A DNA stretch of 63,952 bases, the filler included, from Perkinsus olseni (taxonomy: Eukaryota), in NCBI GenBank assembly GCA_013115125.1. It is 5 parts of 5 records of this genome, joined end to end, with 100 filler letters (N's around TTAATTAATTAA, not from the genome) between each part and the next. Parts side by side here need not be neighbours in the genome. Positions count along the whole stretch, not along the records: positions 13,722 to 27,287 come from JABANN010000755.1; positions 27,388 to 40,944 come from JABANN010000756.1; 3 more parts are not named here. One strand, 5' to 3'. A program made the translations under genes and the position numbers. The notes below the pieces were generated by a model. The model saw nothing but the letters and a program-made list of their open reading frames with translations. It was not told the origin of the DNA and ran no database searches. Shown here piece by piece: positions 13,722 through 32,200 of the stretch (position 1 is the first letter of the stretch; each line of letters opens with the position of its first letter).

Positions 13722-14829
13722 CCTCAAGTTCGTCACCTAGAACCTTTGTATACTTTGACGGCAAAGAGTCTTGAGTTGTCTCAATTCCGTCATACAACTA
13801 CGCGACTATCACGGCCACAGCGGTCGTCAAGAGACACAACTCTCATGGGTAGGCAAGGCCAGCGTTGTCGTCATCGTCAACAACAACATCCCAGAGCTAA
13901 ACAATGGGCAATTGAGCTACATGCAAATGGTTCCACGAGGAGTAGTCGCCTCTGTTGCAGGCGATGAGGGTACGGTTCGGTACAACTACGAACCCGAGTT
14001 ATGAATAGAGGCTGAAACGATATCCCAGCATGCATAGTGCTGCTCGAGATTCAACACTATGGCATTTACCTCGTATTCATGATTGATAACTTCATGTCCA
14101 GGCAGCGAATGAGCGAGCATCATCTGGGGGATAGCAACCCAAACAACCTATTCCTAGTCCGGTCATGCGCTTACGAAGAGTGATCCTCGCGAGCCTCTAT
14201 CCGGTGGCAGTGGAATTGTTACAACTCAGTTCCTCACAATGGAAAAATGCTCGCTCGTCGCTTGGTCACGTACGAAGTATACTCACCCAACCCTGGCGAG
14301 AAGTGGGCTAGATGCCCCGAGTTGTGGGCTCATGAGCAGCATCTGTGATTAAGCATCTGGTGTTCCGAAGACATCCGTTGGGGATCAGAAGGCCGCCGTC
14401 ACCGATTATGACATGAACATGGAATGATCCCGGTTGCACGACGCAAGCTTACATATTCCGCCTCGAGCGGCATTTCCGGGCCAAATTTCGAGCTAACACA
14501 TATTTCCAGGGATGGGGCGGGGGATTGCGCGCTGATTGTTGGTAGGCCGAGAAAGTATAAGCGCTTCTTGTGATTGCATTGTTCAACCTGATGTTGTGAT
14601 GAGCGCGAGCCAAGGACTATCGTCGTGTCACCGGTCTGCGATAGACAGTTTTGAGAAGTTCGAGAGACTCACCGGTGAATCGTGAACCGCGAGATCCAGC
14701 ATCTCGCTTGCTCAGCAAGGTGCTGGTCTCCTAGGGTTTGCTAGGTTTCGCCCTAATGTGATTCCGGTAGCCCATATTGTGACCATACTGTTGTTTCCCT
14801 ACCTCCAGTCGGCAGGTTGTCTTTTCCGT

Positions 14830-15927
14830 ATGACGAAGTCGAGCTTACTGCTTATTGCGGTCATAGCTTCGCTCGACATTATACGAGGCGAAGGCGTGTA
14901 CTGCTACGAGGATGATCAGTTCACATTGTGTGCAAGCGTCATTCCAAAGGGAGAGGAACATATTCTGAAGTTCAGGGCAAAACCGTTCTCTGAAGGTCCG
15001 AAAATCAAATTCGTTACAGGAGACATACCCTTCGCGAAGCAGCGAGGCGAAGGTCAGTGCTGGGTTCCAAAACGACCAGTGTCCGCCAAACACGAAAAGG
15101 ACTCCTACGGTTTGAGCGAAATTATCGGACTTTCGTGGTTCGCTACCGAGAAGATCAAGATCTGTCCTGGGGAAGATATCATAACGATAATCGATACGAC
15201 TGATGACAATAATAGACTTGTCTTGACCAACGTCCGCTCAGCTATGTGGAAGCGCCAGAAGAGGAGAGCGCTTGATCCTCCCCGGCCCAATAAGAGGATT
15301 CCGCCGCAACTGTTGGCAAAGATGAGAACTCCTCTCCCAAGCGGTGATCCCTATGTTCGACAAGGCATCTCTCACGGCAGAAGCACGGTCTCAAGTGGCC
15401 GTACTCTCGTCCAAGAGGGCATATCTCATGACAGAAACACGGTCTCAAGTGACCGTCCTCACGCTCCTGAGAGCACGTCTCATGGGATGCGCATGGGGAA
15501 GTTTTGTAATGCTGAGCCCATTAGTAGTCTGGATAACCTTTGGGTGGATCTGAGGGAGGGTGGTGGATTGGTAAAGGCCTCATTCTTCTTTGTAAGCCCT
15601 GTGAATTTCTTCGAGACTGGCTCCAAGAAGGTGTATGCTACCGGTTTTCTGCCGCTGTCACGATCCTCTCTGGTGCCCGGGGGGCCAGGGCTCTCGCTAT
15701 GGAGCGTTGAGCGGGGCTCCATGGATCCTGCCACTAGAGAGTCACTGGATAAGGCGCTCGAGTTTGTTGGCAAAACAACGGGTATACCATCACTCGCCAC
15801 TGACAGTGTTCATATCCTTTTCGACGAAGATAGGAGGAACATGACGGCTCTCATCGGGGATTCTCTAGGAACCCCGGCGCTGTGGATTGCCCTCACCGAT
15901 CTGGCCTGTGGGATTCCAGCCCTGTGA
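14830..15927 (+). CDS. Intronless secreted hypothetical protein with an internal repeat
   Basis: Long ORF. MTKSSLLLIAVIASLDIIRG resembles a signal peptide. Repeat QGISHGRSTVSSGR / EGISHDRNTVSSDR / ESTSHG. Confidence 0.7.
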   Translation: MTKSSLLLIAVIASLDIIRGEGVYCYEDDQFTLCASVIPKGEEHILKFRAKPFSEGPKIKFVTGDIPFAKQRGEGQCWVPKRPVSAKHEKDSYGLSEIIGLSWFATEKIKICPGEDIITIIDTTDDNNRLVLTNVRSAMWKRQKRRALDPPRPNKRIPPQLLAKMRTPLPSGDPYVRQGISHGRSTVSSGRTLVQEGISHDRNTVSSDRPHAPESTSHGMRMGKFCNAEPISSLDNLWVDLREGGGLVKASFFFVSPVNFFETGSKKVYATGFLPLSRSSLVPGGPGLSLWSVERGSMDPATRESLDKALEFVGKTTGIPSLATDSVHILFDEDRRNMTALIGDSLGTPALWIALTDLACGIPAL

Positions 15928-17164
15928 TATGGCCTCCCGCCGAGGGACTAGTGCTCCAACTATATCCTAGGAGTCTCTTGAGGCGGGCCGCTCTGTCAAC
16001 AAGAAACCCTGTTCATGTCCAAAAATTCCTTTATTTTACTCTTCTATAGTGCCCCTCTGTCAATATATATGATACGATGTTGTTGTTGCACCAGAGCCAA
16101 TCTCGTGTTCCAAGCTTCAATGATAGCGCGAAAGATTTCTGGGCAAGTTCCATATCGATTCGCAGTTGAGTTAGTGAGAGAGGGGCGTGTTCTTATAGAG
16201 CTCCATTGCTGAGCGGAATCATCCTTCCAGAGCAGGGCGAATGATATCACCATTCAGATTCGCATACAGTATGCTGTGTATTCCCTGTATATGATATGCA
16301 GGTTGGTCTAAGAAATGAGCCACCCCGGCAATTTATGATGAATTGTGAATATGAAGGTGTGAAAAGTACCATAGGAAAGCTCTCGCTTTGCTTTCTGTGA
16401 AAGTGTTCGGAGCGTTCTATCATTTCCATCGTGTCCCGACTTTTAGCTGTACGAAAAAGTTCGAACGAGGAAAGGTGCTCGCAGAATCATATGAAGTTTG
16501 CAAAATGCCCTTCACTCGGCGAGGGAGACCGCTATTCTCGCTCAAAGAACAACTCTCAAGAGAGGGTTAGCAGTTCGTACAACGCCGCAGCCGCGGCACC
16601 AAGAATACCTCACGCTTTACCACTTTCTCTTTTCACTCGCCTTTTCCTTTTTTGGTCAAGGGGAGACTTGTTAGACGTCATTTGAGATGCATCCGCCGAG
16701 TGAAAGCCGCTAGCGAAAACTACATCGCGCACTTCACTTCGCGACAAATTGCGAGAAAAAAGCAAACATCGAAAACCGTTAGGTTTTCGGCCCGTAACTC
16801 TATCGGCGTTAATCGAAGCGACGGCGTGGTCGAATCTGCAACCTCTGGGCGGCAGGCGGTAATTCCTTGTGGTTCCGCCGAGTTGGTAGAACCGTTTTCG
16901 TATATTCGCGCTCTCTCCAAGAGTGGCCCTCGGAAAAAAGGAACAGTGCCAGACTCAGGCCACGAGTTACTGGCCGCCGACCTGTGCTGTAACCACTTGG
17001 ATTAACACTACCGCCACAGGCCTTGTGTGGTAAAAGAACCTTACTATATTTCTATAGCTAATGCAAAAGCAGCCAGAGTAGTCAATGCACTGCATATAGT
17101 AGATCTTATAGTCCTGGGCCTCAGTACTAATGACTGTAAGCAGTGGAGATTGGTTACATCATTC

Positions 17165-22550
<5,386 letters not shown>

Positions 22551-24899
22551 TGATTATGAAACAGCCTGTGAACACATGCGTATGTCTCCGTAAATCGCTC
22601 GTGAGAAACCCTGTTTGAGTTCACTGGGTGAAGTTCACTCATCAATCTAGTGAGCTTGTCGGAACGGTGAATGTGCCAAACTGTGTTACATTTTGTGGCG
22701 GAGTGAAACCTGGGGATAATGATGCTCAGCCATACAGATAAGATGCATCATATAAAAATAATTAAGTTGAAGGATATCCGATAACTTATACGCGATAAGT
22801 TTTCTGAAACTGCGGTCGGAAGGTTTGTATGTGCCGCATCTTTTTCGCTGCAACATTGTGGTTCTTCTAGTGAGACGTTATCCCATGTAGATTATCTACA
22901 GTAGATGAGGACTTCATGGAACCTACGACTCGTAGGCTACGAGGTTCCCTGGATGATACAGGCTAGATCAGCGCTTTTCACTCCGTCCGTAGAGCGCAGC
23001 TTTGGAGAGGATGGATATTTTTACCATTCTGGTCAATGGTAGTGTCGCTAAGGATAGTGTCACAGCCACGTTCTGGCGGAATGTTTTTTCCTGCCATCGA
23101 TGCTGAAGGTAACTGTTTTCATCAAGCCGTATTTGATGACCGAGATGCGGAACCCACAGAGTAGAACCGCGTTCGTGATGAATAAGTGACCGCTTAGAGG
23201 TAGAGTCATTTCCACGGGAGTACGACTTTGTATGATGTCACGATATTGTTGCAGACAGTTTTGTTCGAAATGCCGCTGCGGGCCACGACTCGTGGCCTTA
23301 ATAAGGCCACGAGTCGTGGCCATAAGGCCGCCTTATGTTGAGGGCTCCACGGTGAAGCCTTTACCGACTCGGTGAAGGGTGTGACGGTGAGACGAGGGTG
23401 ACACCGAGGGTTCCCTTGTCGTCTTTGGAGGTTTCCACGAAGTTCCTGCTCGACTGGCTAGACTAGCAATGATTCTACACGAGATGATATATATGCTGGT
23501 CGGTGATCACAACAAGGCTAACGATTATGTCAATGGAATGACAATCGTTCTAGTTGCAACCTTTCGTATGAATCTGATGGTCAAAACCAGTACTAGTCAG
23601 ATTTTCGCTATCAACCCTCATTCTACAGCACCTGCCGCTCACCCACTGATTCAGAGTCTGAATTAAATTCAGGGGCGAACATCAATCCAGTGAATATCAG
23701 ACTTCGCCTACGACAAAGCACAAAGTTCAAGGGTGCACCTTACTGAAAGTGTCGAAATCTATACAGATCCCCCAAGTTGGATCGAACGCAACACTTTTTA
23801 CGAGGCCTCACCAGACGGCGTCACTCGCATTTATTGCAATGCAATTGGCTCCATCGAGTCAATGGCTTCAGTCTTTTTGGTCGTCTACCGACTGGAAGAT
23901 CACCAAAGACGTGACCTCGTACGGTAACACAGAGTGCCAGGAATCGCTTCTCGATGTCTTCTTGCTGTTCGGAGCAGCCTGTTCCTCGCCTTTGGGAGGA
24001 GCTTGCGGCATGTTTCGAACGCATCTTGATGGGCATCGTGAACACAGACTCTTGTCACCGCGGTTCATGACTATGAACCCGAAGACTTCGGGCCGAAGCC
24101 TGGAGCCGAAGTCCCTCCGCTGAGCAGGGCGCAGAATTTTTTCATTTTGCCGCAAAATTTTTGCGCCACTGGACCAGTGGCACTGGTCATGGACCACGGC
24201 TGTCGAGCCTGAGTTTCACCTCCTGTGGTCCGCGTCTACTCAATGTAATGCAGTAAATGTATGCAATCTCGGTCTACCTTGATGTTATGGCCTCGCGGCC
24301 CACGAGCCGCGGGCCCTCAATGAGGGCCCTTCGTTTATGGGGCCTCATTACTGCCTCTCCTCCTCTCCTTTGAGGTTCCTCTGGTGCTTTGAAAGCACTG
24401 CTTTCTTTCATAGCGTGTAATCGTTGTAGGCTGATGTTCCGCACCTTCCGTACATAGCCACAGAGCCTTATAACGGTAGCGGGAAAGACATCATGAGCAA
24501 AGTATGTGCAGAAGATGAAGCTCGATAATAGAGTGTACTTGCCGAGATGTCAAATTCGTCCCTATGAGGAAAGCTTCAATTGGAGTTCGCTAACACGTTC
24601 TCCAATCATGTGGGTTCCATTCCGGGTCCACATCGGGCGTTTGTGAACGGAAGGAAGAAGCGAAGGCTAACGATCGAATCAGAGTTACATCAGATTCAGG
24701 ATAACCGCGAAGCGTTTCCGGGTATGCAGTGCATGGCATGCAGTAGTGTAACGCCGGGAGTCAAACTGGTGCATTAGACGTGGCTAACTACTCGGTTGAA
24801 ATGCACGAAGTCATAGGTCCCTATGACATAGGACTCTTCGTTCCGGCGACTTGTTGGAGGAAGTTTTCGGCGACTTGGAGGACTACCCATCATGTATCG

Positions 24900-26570
24900 G
24901 TCGTAAGAGATGCAAAAAACTGAGAATTCATTATCTTCATAGACGTCCGGTGTGCGCCAGTCTGGTGCCTCCAGCGGCACGGGCCCAAAGCCGCGCTCGG
25001 ATGGTCCGCAGGGGTATAGTGGACGGTGGTGGATCTAATGGAATATTTCGTGCACTCCTCAAACCCTGCTTCAATAGCATGTTCAGGTTTGAAAAGACTT
25101 CCTGGATATCAACGAGAACAGTTGCACAGATCTGCAATTCTCTCCACAGCGACATCATAGCTGAAACTTTTCCTGAGGCCGTATTCAGTCAGCTGGTGGT
25201 TAATAACTGTGTCACTCTACTCTTAGATAGTTATGAGCTGCTCAAAAGCGGCGAAGCAGCTCCTCTGGTATGCACGGCTATCTGTTACGCTCTATCGTCC
25301 AAGCATGGCCAACAAGTCTATCGCGGTCGGCGGTCGGTGATTTTTGGAAGAGTCATAGTATACCCCGATGAGCGTTAAGCATCTCAATTATAACTTGTTC
25401 TAGACACCAACTTTCCAGCTGATGAGCTCTGCTCTTCCAACCGCCCTAACAAAAGTCACAAGGGGAGGACTCTCTGCTTCGACAATCAGTGCCTCGGAGG
25501 CGCTGCCTCCAAGCCTCTGGAGTTTCCCAAGAGGTTGCTGCGCACATCGTACATTCCAGGCTGATCCGCTCGCTCTATTTCAAGCCAGCCTTTGGTTCGA
25601 TGTCTTCGAGGGATAGTTCCTGACTACGGTAGGCCCGGCGGGAATCCCGCCGCGGGATCCGTGTCCTCAATATGCACGCAATCAAGTCGCAATTGTTATC
25701 TGGCGGGTGAGTCTCAAGTTGGGACTTTGAGTAATGATGGACTACTGGTGCCCACCTCGTCATGCAGTGCATATGATATCAGCATGCCTTGTGATCAAAT
25801 CACATGCGATCCTATTGAAAGGACGTGAGCTTCAACTCCGCAAGAGAGAAAAATCTGATTGCATCGCAGAGTTCTTGCGAGGAGGAGTGTATCAATCCAT
25901 TTGCTACGGGTGAGTCCATGTGAGTTCCGGAGATACTTCTTTGGCAGTGACTCTTGATTGAAAAGCCTTGCTTGTCATTAGGAGGTACACTCTGTACACT
26001 TCTTTCTGCACTGAAGGAGAAGTCCGAAAACTTCATGACGAAGTTCATATGCGAATAGAAGGGTGTACCACGATTCGCATACTGAAAACTCGTACATCTG
26101 AACGTCTCCACGGATGGCATTGCCGTCTGATTGGATTGAAAACAACTATCGTGGATGTTCCAAGGAAGTTAGGGATAGTGCTGTGCAAGCGTCGTTGATT
26201 CCAGTGGTTCCGAACCACTGGTTCGGGCGTGGGAGAGAGCGGCTACTTACCTCATAAATTATATCAAGGACTCTCCCGAGCAACCATTTGGTCCGGTGAA
26301 GAAGTTGTCGTGGAGTGGGACTTTCAAACCACTCAGGGCAACCTGCCTCACATCCAGGCCCTAGTATGGACAAGTGAAGACCCGGAATCGGATGCAGTCC
26401 GGAATAGGATAGCTGCCGCCTTGAAGCATAGTTTTCATGACTGGCACAGCTTCAGAGATGCTGGTCTCGTACAGGATTTCAACGACGTTGAAATTGACGG
26501 TTGCGGACCATTACACCGGCTGATCTTCCCGACCTCGAAAGGAGGGCCGAAAACATCAACACCAAAATGA
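24900..26570 (+). mobile_element. Degenerate Helitron-like rolling-circle Rep (HUH endonuclease) relic
   Basis: LVRAWERAATYLINYIKDSPEQPFGPVKK, then a frameshift to WDFQTTQGNLPHIQALVW, resembling Helitron Rep motif 2 (EfQxxGxPHxHxLxW). Many stops and frameshifts; boundaries uncertain. Confidence 0.5.
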
Positions 26571-27458
26571 GATGCCGTATCCTCCACACCAAACCACCAA
26601 GTTAGAAGGCTATAAGGTTCAGCAGGCCTACGGCGTACGATGGGAAGCGTGGCAGCTAGAATAACCGGCAGGCAACAGGGCGCAGTCATCATCCGAGTAT
26701 ACTCCACCGATGATGATCATCGGTGGAGTATACTCGGCTGTGTTACGAGCAACACTATGGTGGTGCTGCTACGCGATCGGCCCAAGAACCAGAGGTGATA
26801 TGCCGAGGATATGAAGGGGACCTGTTCCCTGGCCAATCGGTTTGCGTTGTCGAGCCTCGCGGGCGGAGTTATAGGAACCCTTGATGATAGTACGAAACTG
26901 ATGAGTCATCAGTGATGACCACAGCTGATCCTTTGTGCCGCATTCGGGTCTCCTTCTCTCTCTGCACCGGGTGCAGTGGAGTGTTGTGCGACGGACAAAT
27001 TGCACCTCCGAAGGCATGCGTATGTGAGACACATCATGTGTCTCAACCGGCCGTGCAACTCACAAGTGGATGGTGGAGTTGACCTGCAGCGCCGACGGAC
27101 TCAATCATCCATTCACCATCTGCAGTCACAAACTGTCATCCTCCTTCGTTGATTCAACTCACTTGCAGGGTAGCGGGGGGGGGCGCGGGGGGGGGGGGGG
27201 GCCCCCCCCCGCGCGGGCCTAGGGCGAGCGCGGGTGGCCACTGACACCGGGAACTATCTTACAAAATTGCAGCTGAAGCGAGCGATTNNNNNNNNNNNNN
27301 NNNNNNNNNNNNNNNNNNNNNNNNNNNNNNNTTAATTAATTAANNNNNNNNNNNNNNNNNNNNNNNNNNNNNNNNNNNNNNNNNNNNTTGCACGCACAAG
27401 GATCAACTCCCGGGCGCACCGCTATTTTACGCTACGCGCAACATGTTGCCCTACACAT

Positions 27459-27775
27459 GACGACCGGCTTAGTCATACTAGCACCGATGTATCTTGTTTC
27501 AAAGNNNNNNNNNNNNNNNNNNNNNNNNNNNNNNNNNNNNNNNNNNNNNNNNNNNNNNNNNNNNNNNNNNNNNNNNNNNNNNNNNNNNNNNNNNNNNNNN
27601 NNNGGACAGTGTGACGACCGGCTTAGTCATACTAGCACCGATGTATCTTGTTTCAAAGGACAGTGTGACGACCGGCTTAGTCATACTAGCACCGATGTAT
27701 CTTGTTTCAAAGGACAGTGTGACGACCGGCTCAGTCATACTAGCACCGATGTATCTTGTTTCAAAGGACAGTGTG
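27459..27775. repeat. 54-bp tandem repeat spanning a gap
   Basis: Unit GGACAGTGTGACGACCGGCTTAGTCATACTAGCACCGATGTATCTTGTTTCAAA; at least 4 near-identical head-to-tail copies with no spacers. Confidence 0.9.
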
Positions 27776-28486
27776 ATATCGATACGGAGATTCCGCGAGT
27801 GATCTCGAAGTGCATATGCCCCTTGTCAGGCTCTGTTCGTCAATCCATTGGCAGTAGCAGAAGAGATGTTGCCCTGGCATACAGGGAAGCTAGTCGTTGG
27901 TGGCGGCTCGAGTTGACGTCATTCAATGTTTCAACACGTATCAGTGCTCATTGCGTTATGCCGGAGTGGATGAATATTTTTTCCTTATAACTGCTCCGTC
28001 AGAAACACGTGAGCACCTATCTATCATGTACGGTCTTGAGCTAATATAAACAGTCGAGAGTGATCGGTACGCAGATTCATTTTGCGAAGGGAGGCGCCCG
28101 GATCGCAAGCCCGAGACCACTCAAGACCGCGTGGTCTCTGATCAGCCTTTCCCTCGTATCAGGTGGTGAAGAGGCGAATCTCTTCGGCTGCTGTCAACGT
28201 TATCACTCTTCCCCCTCGTAAATTGGGTTGTGCACGAATGGGGCACTTACTTTTGTTTCGCTCCGTCTATGTTTATGCGTGCAGAGAAGCCTGGGCATAA
28301 GCTATACTTCAAGATCCTTCTCACAAGCTCCCTTCGGCTTTGTGTTCCACGTATGAGTAAGAAAATCACAACAGATGGCACCACTAACACTATTGATACT
28401 GAACGCGACACACGGCGTTTCTCGATGATACTTGGTGTCTATGACCGCTTCGATTGGAAAGGCACCTTCTTCTCGTCCTTCGTTAC

Positions 28487-28983
28487 TCAGAACAAACCGC
28501 AACCGCCCGTCTGTTCCACTAGAGCCTGAGGAAAACGAGCTTGTTCTCATACCACACCATCGTGAGCATGATAGAATCCTGTCCAGGGAAGCAGACGACG
28601 TACATCAATCTCATCTTGGTCTTGCATGTCCAACTCTTGAGGGGTGCTGTCGCGGTTAATCCTCTCCCCATCATAAAGGAACCTCACACCGTCAGAAGGC
28701 AGCCCTTCCCTTGTACAGTACGCATCCATCAACTGATCATATATTTTTTGTGCCCACTACTAGAGGTAAATGCAGTGGTACCTTGCGCAATGGAGTTCCG
28801 CGCTTCAATTTGAACATAACCTCCTTTCCTTCGGCGTTTTTCACCTACAATTCACCCAATAACCAGGCTCAACCTACGCCGTGTCATTACCTTCAACTGC
28901 AAGGATTGGGGCTGATCTTGGTCCTTGTTCTCCTGCTGCTGCTCCTGCTCTCCGTTATGGTTATCAGCAGGGGTCTCAGACAT
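28487..28983 (-). CDS. SUMO: Small ubiquitin-like modifier, 4 exons
   Basis: Spliced translation MSETPADNHNGEQEQQQENKDQDQPQSLQLK|VKNAEGKEVMFKLKRGTPLRK|LMDAYCTREGLPSDGVRFLYDGERINRDSTPQELDMQDQDEID|ALVEQTGGCGLF*, with the QTGG motif. Confidence 0.95.
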
Positions 28984-29215
28984 TGGTGGACGGGAACAGT
29001 TCAATTATCCTGACAACCAGCTTCCTCGGACAGGGTGGGGATGGCAACAATTCTGATGATACGCTAAATTGCTGGTGGAAGTTGTGGATACTTGTACGCA
29101 ACACGAAAGAGTCTGATAATGGTGCGAAGCAGCATACACGAGTTTGCTCCTTAGAAACATATAGCAGCCGCATCATAACCCATCATCGACCCTCGTCGAC
29201 CGAAGTATCTCCGAT

Positions 29216-32200
29216 CTACAGAGGACGGAACTGGACACCGAGCACACCTGCAATGCAGAAGAGCTGAATACATTGGCCGACGCGAATGGTACTTACGGGC
29301 GCCGATCTCAGACAGCTGGCAAACATCACACAAACTCCCTGCATATTGCGCCTTGTAGTTGGCGTTGCAATAGGGGCAACGAACCAATGCCTCGCCTGAA
29401 GTGAGATCATCCCGACCCAATCTCGAAACTCATCCACGAAGATCGACACCATACACTTCCCGCATAAGCCGGAAGAGACGAACTTTCCCACTCGCCAGAG
29501 GGGCGGATGAGTTCACCGGCAACGTTGATTCGCATACGCGGGACGCACACAGTTACCACCAAAAGGGATTCCGTCACTTTTGGACGAGAATCGATCGAGG
29601 CCTCCAAAAAGATACTACCTCTGCTAGGGTTGATGACGGTCATCGTCCTAGAACAAATGATGAGCTTAGGGTCGGTATCATTGCTATCAAAGTTGATCTC
29701 GTGTGCATCAGTTCCTCTCTGTTCACATACTGCCAGTATCTTTCTGGCTTGGTTCACCACCTCGGGTGTCTTGCTTGCTCCGAAGTTACCCAACATAAGA
29801 CGGCCTGAGATTCCAGTTCAGCATAGACCCCGGATGGCAGGTCCAACAGATGTGTCTGAGAGACCCCCGCTTTGCAGAGACCTACGTGCCATATTAGCCG
29901 CCGTTAGATAGTTGTTGGCCTTGAAGTTCTGCGTCATCGCAGCCCTCAAGGTGAGAAGATGATGAGAAGGTTGGAGGTTAACACAGGTGAAGTAAGCGGA
30001 CAACTCCAACGACCGGGACACCTATCGGGTAACAATATTAAGACTCATGCTGCCACCCGCAAAGAGGAACAGGAACATCATTGCCATCGGAGGAGTGGCG
30101 GACGGTAAACACGTTCGAATGCACTCAGCGCGCGAGGAATGAGTGAAAATAAATCGGACAAGGCGCTCACACTGAGCGTTGATCGATAATACGCATAACA
30201 GGACCCAATCACCTGATCGGGTGGCAGCTCTCTTCTGTTGGTCTCCAATCGCATGCCTTGCACGTATCTAAACACGCACACTCGGCTCCTTGACTTGAAC
30301 ATAAAAGGCCATCCTCAACATACTGTGAGCAGACTTCGATGAACTCAGTGAGCTGTGCCTCCTCTTCACTGTTCGCTGCCGTCGCCATAGTACAGGCGTG
30401 GAGCACCTGCACAGCGGTAACAGACTCCTGTCACTACCTCCGGAACATAGTGCACAAGAACTAGCAGATCTATCCGTACGAGCAAACGAGTTCCGATATA
30501 ACCAGAAGCTTAGACTGACGAAAGATTCCCGTCATCTCATATTTCAACAGGAGCACGACCGGATTTTCCGATTTGACCCAACCCGACGTACATAGCGGAA
30601 CACATCAAGAGAGTCTCTGAATTTGCCCATGGTGGTCAGCTTGTGTCCTTCCCTGAGCTTCCCCAGTAAAAATTGGACCTGGTGCAGGAATCATACCACA
30701 ACTTCTTCAAATCATCACATGATACCGTGAATAGTCCTGCGGGTTCGATCTCCGCGCCGGGCACTCCGAGCTTGCTGCTGGGCGTGACCACAGGAAGGCC
30801 AATAGAAGGCTCCAGAGGTAACGCAGGTAAGCTAACAAGAGAGGAACGAAATGAAAATGATAAAATTCTCAAGTTGCGGGTGTGGCTATAACCTCTAGGT
30901 GAATGAATTTATCAGCAATCCTCTATTTAATACAATAATCTTATCATTTGTGATTCTGTATTACCTGCAGCGCGTAGCACTGTAGATCTCTTCAAAGAGG
31001 GGTTTCAGCGGAGCGGCGTTAATAAGGCCGATCCTGAATAGCACAGTTCATGCGAAGGGCGTTCCTCAACTCTGGACCACGAGTTACGCGTCGAGCACGA
31101 GGGCAGCCAAGGTGGGCAATACCACCAACGATCGCGGGAGATCCCTACCTTCTCTGCAGAGTCGCTAGCGCCTCGTCGAACTCTCCTGCAGCTATCAGGT
31201 CCGGAACGAGTTTACGGTTCCTCAACCACCGTCTTGCATAGCCCTCTCCTAACGCGAGTGAAGACAAGTTCAGAATAGTGAGTTGACACGATAATCAGCT
31301 TACCTGGCGTTACCACACTTTCGTCAACCGGCTGGGCTTCAGAGCTCGCAGCAGGCAAGTCGAGATCACCAAGGCCTGAGAGGCAGAAAATCGATTAACG
31401 AAGGCCAGCACACAACAAGAACGTTACCCAAGTCCTCATCAGAGCCCCAGGCGTTACCGACGTCTACTTCCTCGTCCGGAGAGGCAAGAGCGTCATCACC
31501 CCAAGCTGAGAGAATATACCGTGGACGCTTATGATCAAGCTTGGACATTATCGATTACCATCGAAGCCACCAGCATTAGGATCATTCTCTTCTTCTTCGT
31601 CATCAAACCCTGGCAAGAACGTCTGCTGCTGTTGATGTTCCTCATCAGCTGGTGCCGCCTCCTCGACGCCGGCCCATTTATTGTCGAAGATCTGCTCCAT
31701 GCTCATGAGCAGCGGCCAGTTGGTCGTAGCAGCCTTAGTGAGCGGGACTGGTGGCTGCAGCAGGGACGCCTTCTCACTGTGACCAGCATCTAATGATAGG
31801 GAGAATGATCAAACTGGCGAACTGCTTATCTTTCCGGAGCCGTACCCGGAACCGGCTGGTTGTTGCCCGCGCAGAGTTCAGAAAACAGGTCGTTCAAACC
31901 ATAAGTTTCTGAGAGGAAGCAACACCCCAACGTGCGTCGAGCAACGACGCCCTTCAATTGTAACACAGTGAACCGGATTCGAACCGACGACCTTCTGCTT
32001 ACTAGCCATGATGGTTGCCAAAGGCAGCTGGGCAGCCTCCGCGAGGACTCTGACACGTTCCTCAACATCGCCCAAAAACATTGCCGTGTTGAACCTATCA
32101 AGCGGGAACATCCGTTGTGGCCACCCAAAGTGAGACCGGAAGAGTCAAGTCAACTCTTAGAGCACGAAGAAAGAGGCAATACTCGTAGACCTCCCGCTGA

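Noticed and set aside
27171-27235. G-quadruplex or GC hairpin
   Set aside because: Homopolymer-rich sequence near a contig end, likely low quality.
27459-27775. CRISPR-like array
   Set aside because: The 54-bp units are head-to-tail with no unique spacers, there are no cas genes, and the context is eukaryotic.
30738-30756. tRNA B-box GCGGGTTCGATCTCCGC
   Set aside because: It is the antisense of a COPA exon (IEPAG) with no other tRNA arms; it also shows that isolated B-boxes can arise by chance.
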